A stretch of DNA of 64,000 nucleotides from an uncultured archaeon (GTDB lineage Archaea; Asgardarchaeota; Thorarchaeia; Thorarchaeales; Thorarchaeaceae), in assembly GCA_964473825.1 (NCBI GenBank), contig CAYYQL010000002.1, positions 160,001 through 224,000 on the forward strand, written 5' to 3'. A program made the translations under genes and the position numbers. The notes beneath the pieces are model-generated. The model was not told the origin of the DNA, did no database searches, and saw only the letters and a program-made list of their open reading frames with translations. Positions 59,497 to 64,000 of this stretch are shown piece after piece (within the stretch, counting starts at the first letter, position 1; every line of letters begins with the position of its first letter).

Positions 59497-59570
59497 TGGC
59501 GAGTGATGAGTACAATGACCCCGATGAGTCAAGAAGACGATGATTTAGATCTTGAGTGACGAGCTCGCCA
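59497..59570 (+). ncRNA. Candidate box C/D guide sRNA for tRNA wobble (N34) 2'-O-methylation
   Basis: 8-bp terminal stem TGGCGAGT/GCTCGCCA; mutually compensated boxes C ATGAGTA with D ACGA and C' ATGATTT with D' AAGA; guides complementary to pre-tRNA-Met and pre-tRNA-Leu; TTTAAG about 25-30 nt upstream. Confidence 0.75.
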
Positions 59571-59667
59571 CCATTACTTTCGCTTACCTGTGCTCCTGGT
59601 GTACGATTAAGTGAACAGAGCGCAGAACGCTTTTAAGCATCTGCGTGACCTTCCATACTGGTCTGCA

Positions 59668-60867
59668 ATGTCACATGACTTCGTTGAAGACGAGCTGAGT
59701 CGACATAGTGTTTTCAAATCTGAACATTTCTTGTCAATCGATTATGTGCCAGAAGGCCTTCCTCATCGCGAAAAGGAGCTCCGAATGCTCGCTCAGACAT
59801 TCAAGACTCTCATCACTTCGCCTGGCCGAACAAGCATCAGACTCCTGATTGAGGGGCCCGTGGGCACGGGTAAGACAGCAGTGGCCAAGCGCTTCTCTGA
59901 GCAACTTGTACAAGCAGCCGATAGAAGAGACATAAGATTACACAAAGTTCACATCAATTGTCGTGTCAGTAAGAGTGTATATTTGGTGTACCTACGAATG
60001 CTTCGTGAGTTTAAACCTCGATTTCCAAAACGGGGCCACTCACCGCAGGAAATCCTTCAGATGCTTGTCGAGGTACTAGATAGGGAAGACAGGTATGTCC
60101 TCGTCATATTGGACGAACTAGACTATTTCATGAAGCAGCAGGGTGCGGACATTCTCTACGATCTGACTCGGTTAATGGATGACCGCTTGAACGCTCCTCA
60201 ACGAATTTCCATTATTGGCGTTGGTCGTCGAATTCCATTAGATAGTGATCTTCTTGATCAGAGTACCCGAAGCACTCTACAACGAAATATGCTACGATTT
60301 GACAAATACGACTTTTCCGCTCTTCTTGACATTCTAAGAGAACGAGTTTCCATGGCGTTTAAACCAGGTGCAATTATGAATGACACACTAGAATTGATAT
60401 GCAATATTGCATCTGAACGAGGCGATGCCCGATATGCAATCGAACTCCTGTGGCGTGCCGGCAAACAAGCAGACCGCGTTGAATCGGATGTGGTCATCCC
60501 TGACTATGCTCGCCAAGCAAAGGCCGATACTCACCCAGAACTCAGGAAAGAAGTCCTCACTACACTACCACTTCACAACAAACTGCTTCTTCTTGCTGCC
60601 ACTCGAAAACTGAAAGAGAATCGAGGGGCTTATGCAACTATAGGTGAAGTGGAAGAAATGTATGGTTCTATATGCGAGGAGTACGGGAAAGAACCCCGAG
60701 CACACACACAGGTGTGGGAGTGGGTTCAGGACCTGACTGCCCATGGTGTCATAGACACTCAACGTTCGGGTGCGGGTCAAAGGGGGCAGACCACAATGGT
60801 CGGCCTCTCAGATGTTCCAGCGCAAATGCTAGAACGCTTTCTAATTGAATTACTCGATAAGCGATAG
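59668..60867 (+). CDS. cdc6: Orc1/Cdc6 replication initiator
   Basis: LSIDYVPEGLPHRE, GPVGTGKT, VILDELD, GDARYAIELL, C-terminal wH with RGQT; start reassigned to MSHD. Confidence 0.95.
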   Translation: MSHDFVEDELSRHSVFKSEHFLSIDYVPEGLPHREKELRMLAQTFKTLITSPGRTSIRLLIEGPVGTGKTAVAKRFSEQLVQAADRRDIRLHKVHINCRVSKSVYLVYLRMLREFKPRFPKRGHSPQEILQMLVEVLDREDRYVLVILDELDYFMKQQGADILYDLTRLMDDRLNAPQRISIIGVGRRIPLDSDLLDQSTRSTLQRNMLRFDKYDFSALLDILRERVSMAFKPGAIMNDTLELICNIASERGDARYAIELLWRAGKQADRVESDVVIPDYARQAKADTHPELRKEVLTTLPLHNKLLLLAATRKLKENRGAYATIGEVEEMYGSICEEYGKEPRAHTQVWEWVQDLTAHGVIDTQRSGAGQRGQTTMVGLSDVPAQMLERFLIELLDKR

Positions 60868-60880
60868 GTTGCGATACTTG

Positions 60881-61168
60881 ATGACTGATGAAACCACCAC
60901 TTACATCCCCATTGAGGAGATTTTTTCGTCGAAAGGACGAATCAAGATACTGAAAGAATTGGCCCTTTCCCGCGAACTCAATATATCAGAACTATGCCGA
61001 AGAGTCAGCCTCAACCATACCACAACCAAGAAGCATCTCAATGCCCTCATGGATTCAGGACTCGTCGAAGAAAAGACATTCGGGCGGATTAAGATCTATA
61101 GATATAGAATCGAAGATTTGCGTGCTAGGTCTCTCAAGAACATGCTTGACCTTTGGCGTTCGACCTGA
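60881..61168 (+). CDS. ArsR-like winged-HTH protein
   Basis: IFSSKGRIKIL..LNISEL..NHTTTKKHL..GRIKIY. Confidence 0.85.
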   Translation: MTDETTTYIPIEEIFSSKGRIKILKELALSRELNISELCRRVSLNHTTTKKHLNALMDSGLVEEKTFGRIKIYRYRIEDLRARSLKNMLDLWRST

Positions 61169-61186
61169 GGGGGTTGTCAGTATACC

Positions 61187-62017
61187 GTGCCAATCTATGC
61201 AGTTCGATTGTTCTATCTTGGAACCCATTATCACGGATCTCAATATCAGCCTGGGCTTGACACGGTTCAAGGTCGATTGATAGAGGCCGTGGCCCAGTGG
61301 GAAGGGTTACCACATGATACCAAGACTGTTAGATTCTCAGGAAGAACCGATAGGGGCGTCCATAGTTTGGGGCAGCTGGTCACAATCGAAACAAATACTC
61401 CCTTGAATCTAAATGAAGTGAACAGACACCTACCTCAAGACATCGTCCTTTGGGCTCATACGCAGGTCGATGACTTGTTTAATCCTCGTCACAATGCACT
61501 TCTACGCCACTACCGATACTACCTACCGGCAGAAGACGCATCGCTATCATTATCCTTGATGAAAAAAGCTGCGCAGGAACTTGTCGGCACAAATAACTAT
61601 ATCCAACTCTCAAAGCCTAACGGTGATAGGACAACCTATGCAACACTTCTTGATATATCAATTTCCAGAAAAAGAAATGTGGTCTGTTTCGATGTATATG
61701 GAACCAACTTCCTTTGGAAACAAGTCCGCAAGATGGTTACACTGCTGTCTAACATTGGAAACGGACAGATTGAACCTGAGTTATCCCGAGAACTGGTAGA
61801 ATGCACTTGGAAACCACCCGGCGGGATACGTCCAGCTCCAGAGGAGGGTCTAGTGTTAATAGAAGTCATGGTCAACTTCAACATCAAACCCAATAGATAC
61901 GCACTGAATAGGGTCAGAAAGTGCCTGAATCATAGACTAGGTTTCTTTAGCAGAACACTGATAGCACTGAATGGCTTGACTAATGACGTCCAATCTTATC
62001 GATATCCCTTTTACTAG
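61187..62017 (+). CDS. truA: tRNA pseudouridine(38-40) synthase
   Basis: YHGSQYQP..TVQG, SGRTDRGVHS, FLWKQVRKMV, PAPEEGL. Confidence 0.95.
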   Translation: MPIYAVRLFYLGTHYHGSQYQPGLDTVQGRLIEAVAQWEGLPHDTKTVRFSGRTDRGVHSLGQLVTIETNTPLNLNEVNRHLPQDIVLWAHTQVDDLFNPRHNALLRHYRYYLPAEDASLSLSLMKKAAQELVGTNNYIQLSKPNGDRTTYATLLDISISRKRNVVCFDVYGTNFLWKQVRKMVTLLSNIGNGQIEPELSRELVECTWKPPGGIRPAPEEGLVLIEVMVNFNIKPNRYALNRVRKCLNHRLGFFSRTLIALNGLTNDVQSYRYPFY

Positions 62018-63209
62018 CTTTCAACCAGTCCGCAAACTCAGACTTCATGGCAGGCTCTCTTTGAACTATTGTCCCAATGACCTCTTGGTGTGTCTTAGCA
62101 ACGCGTTGTTGTGAGATCCCAGATACTTGTGACAGCTTGGCCATTGTCTTCGCTCTCTTATCTGTGGTTCTCCTTCCTCGCCAGACAAGAAGCGGCCAAG
62201 TTGGCCTGTCATAATGAACGGAACGAAATGCTGTCCGGGTGCGACTCGTGCTCGTACCTACAGAGAGAAAGTCGTAGACATATGACAGAAGCTTCCAATT
62301 CTGTTGCTTCATTATTCTACCCAAGTTCAAATCGGCAATTGAGAGAGCATCCATCCCAGAAGAGAGTTCCTTCATTGTCTTCAAATGATGATGCATATTC
62401 TCATCAAGCCATAGTAGAATCTCGTCATGATTCGAATCTGTTTCTGATATTACTCTTCTTGCGACCGAGGGATCTGTAGTAGCAAAGAGCTTCCTGATTG
62501 CAGTATCAATCCTTCGGCGTTCATTACGGGCAGCAAGTCCCATCTTCTTCCCCGTGACGCCGCCTCTGATTGCCTTCTCCAGATCCGAGATTGCTGCCCT
62601 CATATCGCCCCCTGATTGTTCGACTATCGTCATCAAATCTTCTAGTTCGACGCGATGGCCAGAGTCATTCAAGATTCCTCTTAGCACATCAACCATGTTC
62701 TCTGATGCAATAGCACGAAACTCCAAGACTACAGACCGTTTCTTGATGTCTTTCAGTCTTGGACTATCGGGGTCATTCGCCGTCATCACGATCGGATGGA
62801 CTGTCTTCTCTACAACTTGTAAGATAGCTCGTACTCCACCTCTGTCGCTAGTCCCAGAGAGCCCATCAACCTCATCAAGTAGGATGATTCTCATTCTCCC
62901 ATCTATTGTCTGTTGAGTGGCTGCCCTCCAGACCTGTCTTTCTATCGCACCCTTATTGCGCTTGTCACTAGCATTGAACTCCACTAGTTCGGCGTCTAAG
63001 TCATTGACCAACGCACCCACAGATGCAGTCTTTCCCACACCAGGGGGGCCAATAAGAAGAACCGCCCTACTATCAGGCGCTCCATCTTTCCAAGACTCTA
63101 ACCATAGCTTCAATTTGTTTACAGAAACGGTGTTCCCAACTACCTGTGAGATAGAAGTTGGTCTGTATTTCTCCGGCCAAGGAAGTGACTCGTGAGAACG
63201 CAAATTCAA
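61980..63209 (-). CDS. rfcL: Replication factor C large subunit
   Basis: WPEKYRP, GPPGVGKT, EFNASDKR, LDEVDG, GDMRAAI. Confidence 0.93.
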   Translation of the reverse strand: MNLRSHESLPWPEKYRPTSISQVVGNTVSVNKLKLWLESWKDGAPDSRAVLLIGPPGVGKTASVGALVNDLDAELVEFNASDKRNKGAIERQVWRAATQQTIDGRMRIILLDEVDGLSGTSDRGGVRAILQVVEKTVHPIVMTANDPDSPRLKDIKKRSVVLEFRAIASENMVDVLRGILNDSGHRVELEDLMTIVEQSGGDMRAAISDLEKAIRGGVTGKKMGLAARNERRRIDTAIRKLFATTDPSVARRVISETDSNHDEILLWLDENMHHHLKTMKELSSGMDALSIADLNLGRIMKQQNWKLLSYVYDFLSVGTSTSRTRTAFRSVHYDRPTWPLLVWRGRRTTDKRAKTMAKLSQVSGISQQRVAKTHQEVIGTIVQREPAMKSEFADWLKASKRDIDKIGRH

Positions 63210-64000
63210 TCCTCCATTCCAAGGTACGCTAGTAATGCAGTAATCTGTACTTCTCCATTTGCCCCCTCGGACACTCTGAATTCTGCCTCTGCATTTCTCT
63301 CAAGAATTCGCACCAGCCTATGGGATGCAAGTTCGAAACTCTTCAACTCTCGGTGAATCTGTCTTACCAAATCCACTGGTGAAACTCCCGAGCTATAAAT
63401 CAGCTCTTCAAGTATTTCTATGGCCCCCATCTGGTTTCCCAACAGAGCCTTGTCAAGCATATCTCTGACTAGATCTGGATTCGCTCGTCCAGAGATACTA
63501 TACACTATTTCTTCAGAGATTGTCTGACCGGTTGAGGATGCTGCCTGAAGCAAGTTGACTGCCGCTCGCATGTCACCATCAGCAAGGTACAGTATTGCGT
63601 CTATCCCTGTGCTGTCAATGGACACAGTTTCATGTTTTGCTATGTATCTCAGTCGATCAGCTATATCATCATTAGGAAGTCTGGAGAACCTGAACACTGC
63701 ACATCTTGACTGAATAGGGGGGATAATCCGACTCGAGTAATTGCATATCAGAATCATCCTGCAAGACTTGGCATAGGCTTCCATTGTTCGTCTTAGAGCG
63801 TGTTGTGCATCTGCTGTGAGATGGTCTGCTTCGTCTAGAACAAGAATCTTGAATGGCGCGGTTCCTGACGGAACAGTACGCGCAAAGTTCTTCACTTGAT
63901 TTCTAACAACATCGATACCCCTTTCATCGCTGGCATTCAATTCCATGAAATTGCGGTCGAATGAGTCGCCAAACAGATCTCGAGCCATAGCCATGGCTGC
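63206..64000 (-). CDS. rfcS: Replication factor C small subunit (5' end outside window)
   Basis: ELNASDERGIDVVR, LDEAD, AQHALRRTME, IQSRC. Confidence 0.96.
   Translation of the reverse strand, partial: AAMAMARDLFGDSFDRNFMELNASDERGIDVVRNQVKNFARTVPSGTAPFKILVLDEADHLTADAQHALRRTMEAYAKSCRMILICNYSSRIIPPIQSRCAVFRFSRLPNDDIADRLRYIAKHETVSIDSTGIDAILYLADGDMRAAVNLLQAASSTGQTISEEIVYSISGRANPDLVRDMLDKALLGNQMGAIEILEELIYSSGVSPVDLVRQIHRELKSFELASHRLVRILERNAEAEFRVSEGANGEVQITALLAYLGMED

Overview
Archaeal chromosomal core region, most consistent with an Asgard archaeon (probably Thorarchaeia; this is an inference from GatDE, PAN, TFE, Rpo8/RpoG, Cdc6, RFC and overall protein style). It holds about 50 protein genes for housekeeping, metabolism and surface structures. 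No rRNA, CRISPR array or transposase was seen. The most informative signal is non-coding. (1) Eight tRNA genes, all intron-containing: 10 bulge-helix-bulge (BHB) introns, 5 at non-canonical positions. (2) A candidate box C/D guide RNA at 59497-59570 whose two guides point by the D+5 rule at wobble position 34 of the pre-tRNA-Met and pre-tRNA-Leu encoded in this window; the Met pairing is bipartite and uses an intron docking motif. (3) A probable replication origin at about 35.7 kb (inverted ORB pair around an AT-rich spacer), about 24 kb from cdc6. (4) Three repeat-plus-small-protein modules around it: GTAATAC heptads with an AAA+ ATPase/RHH operon (partition-like), GAAC-N4-GTTC palindromes with a Cas2-like protein, and ATTCACA boxes plus a third ORB with a wHTH protein. 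All calls come from reading motifs by eye; no database searches were run.
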